Shown in pieces: positions 11,544 through 25,208 of a stretch of 64,000 nucleotides of DNA. The translations under genes were made by a program, and so were the position numbers. The stretch comes from Rhina ancylostomus (taxonomy: Eukaryota). The notes beneath the pieces were generated by a model. That model was not told where the DNA came from, made no database searches, and was given only the letters and a program-made list of their open reading frames with translations. Location: NCBI GenBank assembly GCA_030265395.1, contig JARFYF010000029.1:25027297-25091296 (forward strand). The letters are read 5' to 3'. Each line of letters starts with the position of its first letter. The stretch's first letter is position 1.

Positions 11544-13699
11544 CTTCAAAGAAAATACAAGATTGTTAGGTTAATATAAGATAAATTTTCTTGAACATAG
11601 TTTAATCAGACAAATCTTTAATCTCTGAATGATAGTTCAGCCATGGTACCTAAAATACTGTCCAGATGTCTAGATTTCCCTTTGCAAACTGACCTGATAT
11701 CAGGATGAACACTCAGTTGCCCCCCTTCACTCAACCCCTACACAGCTTCCAACCACCTGAACAATCACCATACTGTGTGTTCCACTTCCTTTCCACTGTC
11801 CCTTCTGGGAATATTGCTCGATGCACATTCCTTACCATTATGTGAAAATGCTGGCAAAGAAGATGTACAAAGTTCACAGTGCATTTTCCTCCATCCTGCC
11901 CTCTTGCCCGGGACAGTCCCCAGGACCACTTGGTACTAAGCGACTGTGGACAGGCTTTGCCAGCAGTAAGGCCCCCCATTCTGTCAATGAAGAATGATGG
12001 AGAAGCCTCCACTCTCTCCAAATGGGCTACTATGTACTTACCAATGTAAAACACTGCCTGTCAAAGCCTCTAAAGTGGCTACATTTTGCATCTTTAGGGC
12101 TCTTCTGCATCTTCAAGGTACCTTTGATTTTGTAGCTCTGCTCCATAACTCCTCCCTCCCAATTGCCACTGCAATAGGAGGCTCCTTCTTGGTTCAGAAC
12201 TCTTGCCAAGAACCTGCTTTGTGTGTGAAATGACCTCCAGCCAAATGAAAATGGTTGGGTTTATGACAGGGTCAAAGGAGCAAATAAAATCGGGTACGGC
12301 TGTTAAAAAATGTAAATCACATCCATTGTGTTTGAAAAGCTTTTTAAATTTAATACACTATTCACTGAAAATATAAATACACATCCTACTTCTAAATCTC
12401 AATGCAGTTTTAACTGTATGCCAAGTAGTAGAGGGGTCCAATTGGCTTTGAGGTCAATGTGACAGACTATCTCTGGTACTTGAAATGATTTCCACCTCTC
12501 ACGAATACCAAGCAGGGCTTTGCAATAGTTGCTATGATATTAAAATTAAATGTATCCAGCACGTGAATAAACTGCCATCCACATATTTTCTCAATTTCTG
12601 TTAAACCTTTTCCAGTGCTCAAATCTCAATTGTCTCTTCAATTTTCTGTAACCAATTGCCAGGTGAGACAATATTAACTTTAAAGCTTGCTGAAAGTCAG
12701 CTTGTCAAAATATAATGGACTTTCAATTAGCCAAATCATGTGGGAGATACAGTATCAGCTTGGATCTTTGAGAGGCTGCTTCCATTTAGCAGTGATATAG
12801 TATATTCTCAGTGCAATGCCGAGTGAAGTGAATAGATTTAGATTTTCCCCTTTTGAATTACCATTGGAGTAAATGTGTAAAGTATAAGTAATAATGAATA
12901 TACATTTGTATAGTCTTGGGGACTAAGGATAGCCTGATCATTTGAACGATGAGATGTTGTAATTTTCCCATATAGGACAGATAAAATGCATTAGTGGTGT
13001 TTATTTGCAGTGCCTTTACATAACTATCGTCATTGTACTTGGAAGTAATTACCTGTAGTGAAGCATCATGACACGTTTCTGAGAAATATGAAGTACTTTT
13101 TAAGACAATAGTCTTCTTATCTATTTTCCATTAGATTACTGGTGTTTTCTTTGTCTATAAAACCATTCGATAATCGCTGTCTGGCCTAACATATGTAATT
13201 GTGTAATTGTCACTTGTACAATGACAGAACTGATTGGCTGGAACTTGATCAAGCATTAGGACATCTCAGGAGGGGACTATCAGTACTATGCTTAATTGCA
13301 AATGTTCAACACTGAACTGCCAATTGATTTTGATGCTTCATTTTCCTTACTCATAACTTCAATAAATTAGACTGAGGTGTGGACTCAAAATTTAATCCAA
13401 AAGTCACCAATAAAAATTCCAGAATATAATTTAATAAAGTAGCACCTGACGTGATATTCCCATATAAGGTGTGAATACCATTAACATTACCAAGCAGGAT
13501 ATCCTCCAGCTCACCAAAGGCAATACCATCAGAGACCTGAAAATTGAATAAAATGAGTAAATACCCATAGAGGGTAAAACATAAACTAGAGAGGGGAACT
13601 GACATAAAATATTGCAGTATTAATGTGACTGGAACACAAGTGTAAAACTCAACCCTATGTGCCAGTAAGAAACCAAACAGATAGATAGTACAAAAAAAA

Positions 13700-13900
13700 A
13701 GGCAGAATAAGCTGGTCAGGCAGCATTCGTGGAGAGAGGAGAGTTAATATTTTAGGTCAATGATCCTTCGTCAGTACTCAGCATTGAGCTGAAACATTGA
13801 CTCTTTCTCTCACTACTGATATTGCTTGACCAGCTGTATGTTTCTGGCATTTTCTGCTTTTGTATCAGATTTCCAGCATCTAAAGTATTTTGCTTCAGGC
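13700..13900. repeat. Head-to-head (hairpin) copy of a Penelope-associated terminal repeat
   Basis: 13701-13762 is the imperfect reverse complement of ~13782-13848. The same motif (acagatgctgcc...atttccagcat) recurs at 29.1, 37.0 and 38.2 kb. Confidence 0.7.
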
Positions 13901-15054
13901 AGACAGTAAAATTGCTCAGTTGACTTTGGCCCTGATATCCTTCACAGACTCCACCTAACCTGTTCTGAGAAGATGACAATGATGCCTAATCAAAACCAGT
14001 GGAATCCTTTATACTGGTCAAGGTCTGTTAACCTTAGCAACCTCTGACTGCAATTTTAACAGTGGCTTGAACATGGAAGCCTTTGTGACTACCCTGTTAG
14101 GTGAAGGCCATGTGAAGGATTTCATGGAGCAGAGAGGCTATTTCTAGTTAAGATTGTCCATATTCTCTGTTGGGCCATGTCAAGCAAGAGTGACCGCTAG
14201 ATCCCACAAGGGAAGGTTAGGACCCTCCATCCCAAAATCCCTCACCCCTTACCTATCACACTCCTCAAACTATGCTCTCACAATCTTCCTTCTTAATGCC
14301 AATTTCCTTGGTGTGGATTAGTGGCCTACTACTGTCTGACCAGCTGTTCCTGCCCGACAGACAGTTCCTTCTTCTATTCCTCTTGGGTAGAATGATTGAC
14401 AGGCCTCATGCAGATGAGGCCTGGGAGTAGCAATCACATGGNNNNNNNNNNNNNNNNNNNNNNNNNNNNNNNNNNNNNNNNNNNNNNNNNNNNNNNNNNN
14501 NNNNNNNNNNNNNNNNNNNNNNNNNNNNNNNNNNNNNNNNNTGAGGCCTGGGAGTTGCAATCACATGGGTGTCATGGCAACAAAGTCTGGTGGAGGAAGG
14601 GTTCAGAACATGATTTCCCCTGCCCACCCAAATCCCACTACTTTAAAATAGAGCTAGAAAATGTCATCTCACAATTCCAGCTGCCGTCATTGACCCTTCC
14701 CCAATTCCCAAATGTCCTTATAAACTAGTTAGCATTCTGTGTGAAATTAATCCTATACTCATACAGTTTGGCAGATGTATCCTGTAATCATGTATCAGAG
14801 CACGCATTTAGAACAGAGATAGAACTCTAAGTTGTAGTTTGTGATGTGTCTCAAAATACATTTTTTTTCATTACTGAAACCCAAGCTTTTGCTCACTCTA
14901 CTATTGCAAAAAAATTGGTGGGAGAAGTTTAAGGTTTGTTATATCTAACCTTCTAACATAATGACATGTGAAATCCACTGAAGAATTTTCAAATCTACAC
15001 TGGAGAAATGGAGCTTGGAAATGTGATACAATTGATACAACATCATTTGTAAAT

Positions 15055-15730
15055 CTTTAAGTCTCCTTATAGCTTGCAAGCAGCATGTTTTTGCAGGATC
15101 CAATATCTACAACAACACGGTAGTTAAGTTACTGAACAAGCATTCAGAAGCCTAGACTATTGATCCAGAGACATGAGGTTAAATTTTACAAAGCTGGAAT
15201 AGAAAGCTGGCATCATGATAATATCCATGAAATGATCAAATTGTCATAAAAACCCATGTGGTTCATTGATGTCCTTTAGGGAAGGAAATCTACCAACCAC
15301 TGCTGGTGGGGCCTTTTTAATGTCACAGGGTCAAAAAAATCATACTACATGGAAACAGGCCGCAGAGCCTACTGAGTCATGCCGACAATTAATCACCCAT
15401 TTCCACTAATCCTCCAGTAATCCCATTTTTTTTTCTCCCCACTTTCATTAACTCCTCTTCAGATTCAGTACAATAGGGGTAATTTTACAGAGAACAACTA
15501 AACTAGCAACCTGCAAGTCATTGGGATGTGGGAAGAAACTGGAGCACCCAAAAGAAAGTCATGTGGTCACAGGGAGAATGTGCCAACTCTACACAGACAA
15601 CACCAGCAGTGAGGGCTGGAACTGGGTCACGAGAGCCGAGGTAGCAGCTCTGCTGGCTACAACACCGTGTCACCCCAGACCCCAAATGTGTTTGACTCTT
15701 GATTACTCTCTAAAATGGTCTATCAAGCAT
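15055..15730 (+). mobile_element. tRNA-derived SINE (second family) interrupted by a V-SINE
   Basis: aaaacccatgtggttcattgatgtcctttagggaaggaaatct before ~15310 resumes as ccagacccc...tttgactctt after ~15675. A related copy lies at 43.3-43.6 kb. Confidence 0.55.
15335..15675 (-). mobile_element. V-SINE (HE1-like), near full length
   Basis: Reverse complement gives a gggtgacacggtg head, the cacattctccctgtgaccac V-domain and a CR1-like tail. Confidence 0.8.
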
Positions 15731-16219
15731 GATTACTATAAGCTCCTTGGTTGAGAAACTCATTTATTATATATATGGATCCCATTTTTTTTATTTCTGA
15801 GACAGCATTTAGGATCATTTTCCCTTTATGTCACTGAAATCCAGAGAGTCAGCAATTTGATTTTGTAAATTCGCACAGGAGAGCTATAAGGTTTTATCTT
15901 CCAACTTTTTATGAATCAATTGACACCAAGTGGCGGACCTGAAGTCTGATATCAGTTACTGACAACACCAGGAGTCTGAATAGTCTGATTCACTATTGAT
16001 GCACTATTTAGCTTGCTATGATATCAAAGAGAACAGCTAGAAGTTTGATGATCTAGAATGTTAAAGTAATAAGCAGTTTATGTCTCCCTACATATTGGGA
16101 GGAATAATTGATCATAACTTCTGAATGGTAAAGCTAATCATAAGTCCCCATTCTGGTCCAGCTTTAGACCACCACAAACCGGACCAGAGTTCGAGAAAAC
16201 TGCATTGTTCCAAGTTATT

Positions 16220-17680
16220 CAGGCATTCTGAAAGAATTTTTCCTCTCTCATCTTAAACCTATGCCCTCCAATTTTAGACTCCTCTCCCTCAGGAAAAAGA
16301 CTGTGACCACCTAATCCATCTATGCTCATAATCTTGTAAACCCTTAAATTACAATACCTCAGCCTCCTTCACTCCAGGGAAAACTGTCCCAGAATGTCTA
16401 ATCTCTCCTCATAAATCAAGCCTCCAGTCCAGTCCACATCCTTGTGAATCTTTTCTGTTGTATTAATAAAAGGCAAAAGAAGGGTATCTTTGATACAACT
16501 CAAGCACAGGAACATAGAAACATAGAAGAAAGTTGGTTGGAATACAACAAGGTCATTTGGCTCTCCACGCCTGCTCCATCATTTAGTGTGATCATACCTG
16601 ACCATCTACCTTAATACTATGGTCCTCTCTCTCCCGTTACCCTCGATGTCTTGTGTCTCTGGAAATTTATCTCCTTCTTAAACATGTTCAGCAACTGGGA
16701 CTTCACAGCATTTCTTTGGTAGAGAATTCTACAGTTTCACCACCCTCTAAGTGAAGACATTTCTCCTCATCTCAGCACTGAATGGCTTACTCTGTATCCT
16801 GAGATTATGACCCTTGGCCCTGGATCCCCTCCAGCCAGGAGAAACATCCTCCCTGTAACCAGCCTGTTGGCCCCTGTCAGAATGTAATCAACCCAATCTC
16901 TCTTCATAAGCATCCAGGAATCAGTCAGGTGAACCTTGATTGTAATCCTTCAATGTCAATCATATCCTTTCTTAAGATACAAGGCAAGTACTGCACACAA
17001 TACTCCAGGTGAGGTCTTGCCAAGATCTCATATAGTTGTAATAAAACATCCTTGCTATTCTGCTCCAAACTACTTGAAATGTAGAACGCTATATTATTTG
17101 CCTTCTTAACTGCTTGCTGCATCTGACTGCTAGACAATAATATACAATATCTCCTTGTACATCAACATTTTCCAATCCATCACCATATAAAAAGGACCCT
17201 GTCTTTGTGTTATGCAGTGTATCTACAATATAAAGCATCTGCGATCTATGTGTCCATTCACTCAACTTGTCGAAATTGTCTTGAAGTCTCCTTGCATCCT
17301 CCTTACAACTCACAATCACACCCAGTTTTATGATGTTGGCAAACAATATTGTATTTGCTTCTGTGAATAACTGGGGCCCAAGCATTGATTCCCGTAGTAT
17401 CCCACGAACCACTACCTGCCACATGAAAAAGACCCATTTATTGCCAGTCTCTGTTTTTCTGTCTGATTATTTTCAATCTATTTTTAATCCATTTTAATAA
17501 TTTAACTCCAATCCATGTGCTTTATACCTGCACATTATCTTCCTCTGTGGGACTTCATCAACAGCCAGTCAAAAATAAATACATCACATCCACTGGTTCT
17601 CTCTCATTCATCTACCAATCCCATTCTCAAAAACTCCAGTAGTTTGTCAAACATGGTTTCCTTCTCATAAATGCACATGT
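16220..17680 (-). mobile_element. CR1 LINE remnants (3' end and RT)
   Basis: ORFs SKDVLLQLYEILARPHLEYCVQ and GILRESMLGPQLF...RRLQDNFDKLSEW. A second 3' fragment lies at 16220-16460. Confidence 0.85.
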
Positions 17681-20600
17681 TAGGCAATAATACCTCTTTG
17701 ACTACAAATTGGTTCAGCCTGAGGCAACCTGCATTTGTGCTTCATTTACCAAAACAGGACAGGGTCATTTAACGTAAACCTGAAAATCTGGCATAATTTA
17801 CTTTAAAGATTCTCAAACACTAGCATTAGCAGAAATACTGTATACAAGGAGGACAATTTGAAAAAAAAAATTCTCCTGCTTCTTGAGATCTTTAAATATC
17901 ACAGACAATTGCCTGATATTATAATCTAGAGCAAATATATAGGATTTTAATGTATTTAGTTTAATTCAGTTTTCACATATTGCCATATCCTGATCACAAT
18001 TATAGATTATCAAAGTGAATTATGCTAAAGCTAAAAGTAATGTTAACATTTGGAATGTAGCCAAGGTAGGATAACTAGAAGTGACTAGAAATTGACAACA
18101 GTAATGTGTTGTAATTTGTTGACAACAGGTGGCTTACAATCACATCAGGACACTAAAAGTAAGTGAAGGAAAATCAAGTTTAAACAAATAACAGTAAGGA
18201 TAGTCTTTTAATATGCAGCTAATATGAAATCCTCCTTCCTAACTTGATCCAGATTTACAGGCAAAATAGCAGCAATGAAAAATTTATGGCTCAGCTTAAT
18301 ACCACATATTTACTCTTTGTTTTAACCATGTTTGCCATAATTTTCTGGGAGTTACATTACAACAAATAAACAAATTGAAGTTAAAATTTGCCATTAATAT
18401 ACGCGTGTGGTAGTGCAAGCAATAAATTTAATGATGACTCAGCTATAAATATGGCTTAGGAGAGCCACATTTCAAAAAACATGTTTAAATGTTGCCAGAG
18501 AAAGCAATACAATGATTTTGTGTTGGGTTTGTGTGTTTGAGCTTGGGAACTGGAATCTTGAATGGAACATGATGCTTTTGCTCAAAGTTCTTGTCCTCAG
18601 ACATGTTAGGATTTTACTGAGTGGATTCAGACATGTTCTCAGCCTCCTTGATTTAGGAATGGTAAATTAATTTAATGGAGCTTAGGTGCATAGTCAGCAT
18701 TTGTAGGGCACTGTTTGCAGGCTAGTCTTGCTGGAAAGTCTGCTTTTTTACCATTTGTCCAGTATATCATATCTCTGGATATTGCAAAGTACATTCTCAC
18801 AGCAGTCAGTTAATGTGGTAGGGAGGCACTGAGTAATGACCAGGAGCAAGAATATTACCTTGAGTGAGTTCTGCATCAGTGCAAATCCTTAGCCCGAATT
18901 ATTTTGAACCCTGCACCCTTTTTCTATGAATATTGACAAAAATCAGTGTTGAATCTAAAATCCCCCAATTGCCATGGTCACTACATTGTATAGATTTTCT
19001 CCAACCAATAATGTAAAGCAGGTGCAAGTAAATTGTGTGCAATGGACACTGTTGCAGCATTGTGTAATGTAAGAACATTGACTTGAGAGCGACACACGTA
19101 GTGGTGGCCCCTGCGTATATTTGATACTTGAGTAGAGTTGAGAGCTTCAGGCTGCAAATACACTGTATGGGATTAGACTGCGTGGTTCACCATGTGGCAG
19201 GGTGGAGCACTCAGATTGGAACTAACATACAATGATAGTGGAACATCCATGAAAAATTTTCTTTTGAGATAGCCTCTTCAGCTCTTATGATCAAAGTAGT
19301 TGGGCAATAGGTTTGCAAAGAGTGAATATGGAGATGGAAGAGAAGCTGAAGCTTATAGTTATTGGGAGATAAGAAAAATTGACAGCAGCAGAAGGAGAAG
19401 AGGGGGTTCACTATAGAACATGTTGTAACTCATGAACTTAATTTTGTACCTTCTTCAGATTTTTTTTGAGCATTAAAGATGGGGCAATAAATCCCATAAA
19501 GTCAGATAGAACAAAATGGTCAGATGCAGTGAAGGTAATTTGAGAGACAGCAAGAAGGAAGTAAATAGAATACTCAGAGTTACTGGCAGAATATAAGAAT
19601 CCAAGTGATGAAATGCATGGTCAAATAGTGTGGTGTGGGGATTTGTGTAAATGTGAATGTGGGAACTTTAAGGCAGCTAAAAATGAAAGGCACAGCGATA
19701 AATGACAAAAACCACAGTGTTTGGGTTGAATTACAAAATCACAAGTTGAAAAAGGGTTGAAAGTAAAATGATATTGCAAGGGCTGGTCAGGAGTTCCACC
19801 AACATCACTTGCCACCCACTAGACTCAAGATTAGGTTTACAGGTACTGAAATTGAGCATGATGCCGGGCAACATTAATGACGTTCACACAGTAGGAAGCA
19901 GCACATTTTATTGCTCACATGTCATGTGTCATATTGCAGATGGTGAAGTGGGTGGGGGTGGTAGCAGAAAGGCTAAATGAGGAAAATAATCATGCAGGTG
20001 TCCTTCTGTTGTTGGAATTGAATTGTGCAATTGGACTAGTGAATTGAAAGCTTTAACCTATATTTTCCCCAAACTAGAAAGCCACTGGGCATAAACATGG
20101 AAAATTATCTATTTCCAGTCATGGTTTAAGATTTCTTGGATTCTCATTTACATTGGAGAAAACGAATGACAAAAAGAGGAGAACCAGCATATTGACTATA
20201 TCAAATTTCTGATAATAAATGAATGCCAATCAACTGTCGTGTTTACAAGTTTTGAAAATAAACTTATCTTCACATAAATAGCAGTGATTGCTATGTTCCT
20301 TGCCAAATGTCCTGTCAGCTTGGAAACATCAAGTTTTTGCTTACAGTGTTTTCAAGAAAAGTATTTACAATTACTGTGTGCAAAATTTAATCAAACCAAT
20401 AAATTCCTTGCTTCAAAGTTTAATCCTGGAAACACATTAGGAATGAAATTAGACCCAGTGGCATCACCTTCTGATGACATGTACCCAATAACATGTGGAT
20501 AGACACTTAAGGTGAGTTTGAGGGGATTAGTACAAGCACAGCTAAAGTCCATCAGAGTATGCAGTGAGGACAGATAATGACAACAAGTGACATGCAACAC

Positions 20601-20939
20601 TAATTTAAGGCTGCAGTGCCAGTTTTGAGCTCCTTTCTCTAGCTAGCATGTGCTCTTAACTTTGAACAGTTGAACACACATGCAGTAGTTGTAAGGAACC
20701 CTATCATTTCTATTTACAGGTATTATCCATTAGTTACAGGTTGGTTGCTGATTAAATTCTCCTGGCCCATGTGTTTGATGCTTTCTACAGTTGTGCAAAA
20801 GTTTACAGGGATTAATACAATAGGTGTCGAAGGATCTTTTTCCTCACTTCAAAACTACTGGTGATGGCCCTTGATATGGAAACATTAGTGGCACTCCTGT
20901 GAATGTGATGGCATGATCTAAAGAAACAGCAAAGTGGAA

Positions 20940-21850
20940 ACAAAGCAGGAAGAGTTGCTGAAAGAGGGATGAGGAAGAAGGGCTCAAAACAGAAGTCCAT
21001 ATCCACTCAGAATGTTTGAAGTGCCGATGCCTCACTCATTGCACCTCAGCTAGGTGCAATGTATGATACATCAGCACATTAAAAATGGTGTCACCACTGA
21101 AAAGTGCAACCTCAAGTAACAAAAAGTGCTGTAATGCCAATGACTATCAAGGTGACATGGTAATGACCATTAATGCACCTTGCTCCTTCTTAGCTGGAGT
21201 TAAATATGTATTGTCTCACCCTGTACTTTGGCATATATTGTTGTGTTCATGTTGTTAGTGAGACTCTCACTATTGAAAGAGAGCTGGATGCATTTTATTG
21301 TACCTGCTGCTGGAGGCTAACAGATGAAAACAGAATACAGCATTGCTGGGATTACAAATTTCCTGCAATGCAGATTGCTATTGATGGCATGTACATTGCT
21401 TCAGAGACACTCCATGCCAACTCTTTCATGCACCGGAATCAAAGGGGATTCCACTCCCTCATTATCAAGCTGTTGTGACCGTAAACAGCGAATCATGGAT
21501 GATTACACCTGAAATCCTGGCAGCAGTCATGATAACTTCAGTCTGCATCGGTTTGCCTCATAAGCAGCATCTGAGTCAAAACAATAAACTAAGGGCTGCA
21601 CAATAAGGGCTGCCACTAACATCAGGGCTGATTAATCTGGTGCACAACCCACATGAACAGATGTAAAATATACAAACACTGAGAGTATTGTTAACTCATG
21701 AAACCTAATGGAACAGAACGCTGGCATGCTGAAACAACTCTTCCGATGCCTATATAATCCTGGAGGAATCTTGCAGAACTTGGCACATTGGGTATCACAC
21801 AATCACTGATGGTTTGCTGCATACTGAACTATCTTATGGTTCTTGTAACC
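20940..21850 (+). mobile_element. PIF/Harbinger DDE transposase remnant (pseudogenised)
   Basis: Collinear HARBI1-like motifs FPAMQIAIDGMYIA, RNQRGFHSL, CDRKQRIM, PGSSHD, LKQLFRCL..GGILQ and VCCILNY, broken by stops and frameshifts. Confidence 0.8.
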
Positions 21851-23084
21851 ATCAGTTCTTATAACTCAACTGTGTGCAGTACCAATAAATGCAATCCCAA
21901 CTCTCCACTCTCCATCAGTTACTCCCTTAACTTCACTCTGTTACCATCACCATCTCCCAATGGTCACATTACAGAAATAAAACCAGTACAAAATAATCAT
22001 TGTTAATCACATTAATAAATGAATCAGTGCTCTACTGCATACAAAATCATCCTTGTGAATTCTTGTAGTGCCTGGCTGCTGCAGAATAGCTGACGGTGGT
22101 CTACTGACTTTCAGGACAGGAGACTGCAGGAGGCCTGGATGAATAAGCCCAAGTAGCTCTGAGCCTTGAAGGACCAGCTACTGATTACGCAATCTCAATA
22201 CCAGCAGAACACTGGGGGATTGGATAGACATGTGGTGTCTGTCTGAGAGAGGGCAGCACTCTAATATGGCAACACCCTGTAGAACAACCATCACTTTCTT
22301 AGGGCATTGCTGCTGCAATCCTGGTGAAAACTGGAGGAAAGATTACAACTCCATGCACATTTTAATGCAAAGCATCTGCAGGCATTCTAAACTTGCATCA
22401 TAGCAAGTTGAACATGCACGACAACAACACTATCACATTTGGATGGCTGCAGTTCATGCTGCAATGAAGTTGTGACATTAGTGACTGGAGATTGCATTAT
22501 GGTTGGCTCATAGATGTTACCCATCAATTCCACATTGGAAAGAATGAGCCCCAAAGTCAGCTCTAAGCATTTGAACAATAGTTCACTACAGTGTTTTGTC
22601 TCCGACCAGTAACAATTTATTTACACTTCAGAACCCTAATTTGTGTTTAAAAGGGAGATATTGCCTAAAATACATGGGTGTTTTGGAAACCATGAGATAA
22701 AATGTTCTGTTTTAAATTGGGTTTGCATCATTACCTTCACCATTCTGAGGTATTAACAAGTCTTGTAATACCAGGATATTTGTTTGTGTTTGTTTTATAA
22801 ATTTTAGCATGACGAAGTTAATGGCAAAGAACTTGTAAACATATAAATGAACTCGCCTGAGAAACCCTCTGCTGGCAAGGCATTTGTTGACTGTTGACCT
22901 CAGTGAAAATATTTGAATCTCATCCAAGCAGCTGGGAAGAAAAAGTTGCTTGCAGCAAATTTAATTCATGTATCAAACAAGAAGTTTGAAAAAAAAAATC
23001 ACAATTTGTTTTGCATAAATTTATATAATTAAGTGGAAAGAGTGGGTAAGGATATGATAGCACCACATGAGATGCAACATTGAT

Positions 23085-23420
23085 TTATAAAAGATGTTGC
23101 CAGGATCATAGAAAAGATTGGCTAGGTCAGGTTGTTTTCTTTAGAACAGAGAAAGGAGGAGTTACAAAAGGCTAGCAGATGTAATCAAGGCACATAAACG
23201 AAAGAGCAGATGAGAGATGGTGAGAAGGAATGGTCTATTTCTCTCAAATGAGACAATAATAATTAAAAGGCACAAATAAAGCAAAAGGATTGGTTGAGAC
23301 AACATTATTTCACTCAAGGAGTGAAGATCTCAAATTCACTGCTTAAAAGAAGATTGAGGCAGAAATCATCTCATTTTTGGATGGGTTATCATTAGCTCCA
23401 AGCCTCTAAACAAGAACTGG
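23085..23420 (+). mobile_element. Decayed CR1 3' fragment
   Basis: Degenerate RL..LGLFSLEQR motif followed by a CR1-type tail. Confidence 0.55.
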
Positions 23421-25208
23421 AAAGCATCTCAAATTATTTTTAAAAGAAATCCATCTAGTTTGCATTTAACAGTAAATATCAACAGTTTAGTAATGAACCA
23501 ACTAGGTATCTAAACTTTGTGAATTATCGTGTTTCTAATATGAATTCACTATTAATGTTTATTTTTATCATTTCAACTCTTTCTATAGCATGGGAGAAAT
23601 CACTTTCCAATCAAAATGAACAACTACAGCAAAAATAATTCAAAACAAATTGTTTCAAATTACAAAGAGCTGGACTGTTGCTGACAAATATCTTGCCTTG
23701 TAAATATATATATTTTAATAGTAAAAATTTTTATCATAGTACCAGTTTATGCATTTTTGGTTTCATTTTCATGTTTTGACATAAAGTTCACAAACTGCTG
23801 CAAAATAACACTAATTGGTATCTTATTACAATTAACTGAAATAACTAATGATAACGCACCTCATTTGTTCATATTTTATTTTATTGCCTCAAATCACTCT
23901 CAGCCTTCCATGCTATCTCCTGTAAGTGATAATTTGAGAGACGTAAAAACTAGCAACAATTTCAAAATCTCTGAGATGTTCTTCTCTGCCTCAAAGAATT
24001 ATATATATTTTACAAATGGAAACAGGATGTTTCTAACCAATCAATCCTCTACACAAAAAGTGGTCTTAATGTCTGTTTCCATTTCCTTTAACTGACTTTC
24101 CTAAAGCAATTTCCACAAGACCACAGCAGCCTATAACTCCTCCACTAACTGGCAACTTTTCCTCAAAAGCTGGAATTTTGTCTGCTTCTCTCAGGAGTAT
24201 ACAAACAATCTCCTTTAAAGGAATATGGTGACTCTACCTATTGCATACTTCTTAAGTTTATTCCAGAGGATAAAGAATCTCTTTTACAAAACTCGTAAGC
24301 TCTGAACTAATTCTTTCCCTGCAGATTTTGAAGGTTTTTGAGCTCCAACTAAACCTACTCTCTCCATCAGAAATTGATATGTAACCAGACTGAATCCAAT
24401 ACTGTTATCACAGCTTTCTTACCCCCTGTGCATTTACAAATTAAATAAACCCATATCTCAGTAATCAGCCTCACAACTAACATAAATACAATGATTCTAT
24501 GCTCCCCTTCACCTCAGCTATTGCCTCCTGTGTACCATGGATGTTCTCTATGGCTTTAGACCAACTGTTCTGGTCTCTTGTTATATCCTCTTGGGGAAAG
24601 GCATCAACAATAATCCGTGTTTCATGGGACTATAATAATATTCAGACAAGTTAATCAGGAAGTTTGCAAAAAAAGTAAAAATAAATGAAAATATACACCT
24701 TAACCACCTCAGATGGAGAGCTGTGAGCAGCCAAAACTCCTGAAAAGGAGTGACCAGTGATATCATCAGGTGTTTTCTCTATAGTCAGACCAATTTTAAC
24801 ATTCTCCATGCCACAGAGCAATGGAGCACAAATTGGAACCACTCTGTCCAGCTTGGTTCAGTGACCCACCGGCTGATATATTACCTCACTGAACCATGAA
24901 CTTTGCAAACGTGCTGCGATACAGGTAAAACTTAATTATAGTATAAGAACTGCGTAAGCTTTGTATCATATGAGTGATATTACAGTCAGCCTACTGATTT
25001 TGTAGACTACTTATTGTTGTGCCTGCCACTAACAAAAGAACATTATTTTCGAATGAACTCTGTGAGCCCCTGTCGACACAGACCACTTCTCATGGCTACC
25101 CATTCTATTAACTCAAAGTGATGGGTCCCTCTGAGTTGTTTTGAAGTGGTGCAGTGCCCGTGGTGGTGAATGAGATCAAACATATCCCAAACCTGAAAGA
25201 GCCCTCAC

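Noticed and set aside
11731-12054. 107-aa ORF with a faint Myb/SANT-like resemblance
   Set aside because: Too weak to call; possibly a decayed transposon fragment.
14415-14568. 27-bp direct repeat flanking a 100-N gap
   Set aside because: The copies differ at one base and abut the gap; most likely unmerged haplotype or contig overlap.
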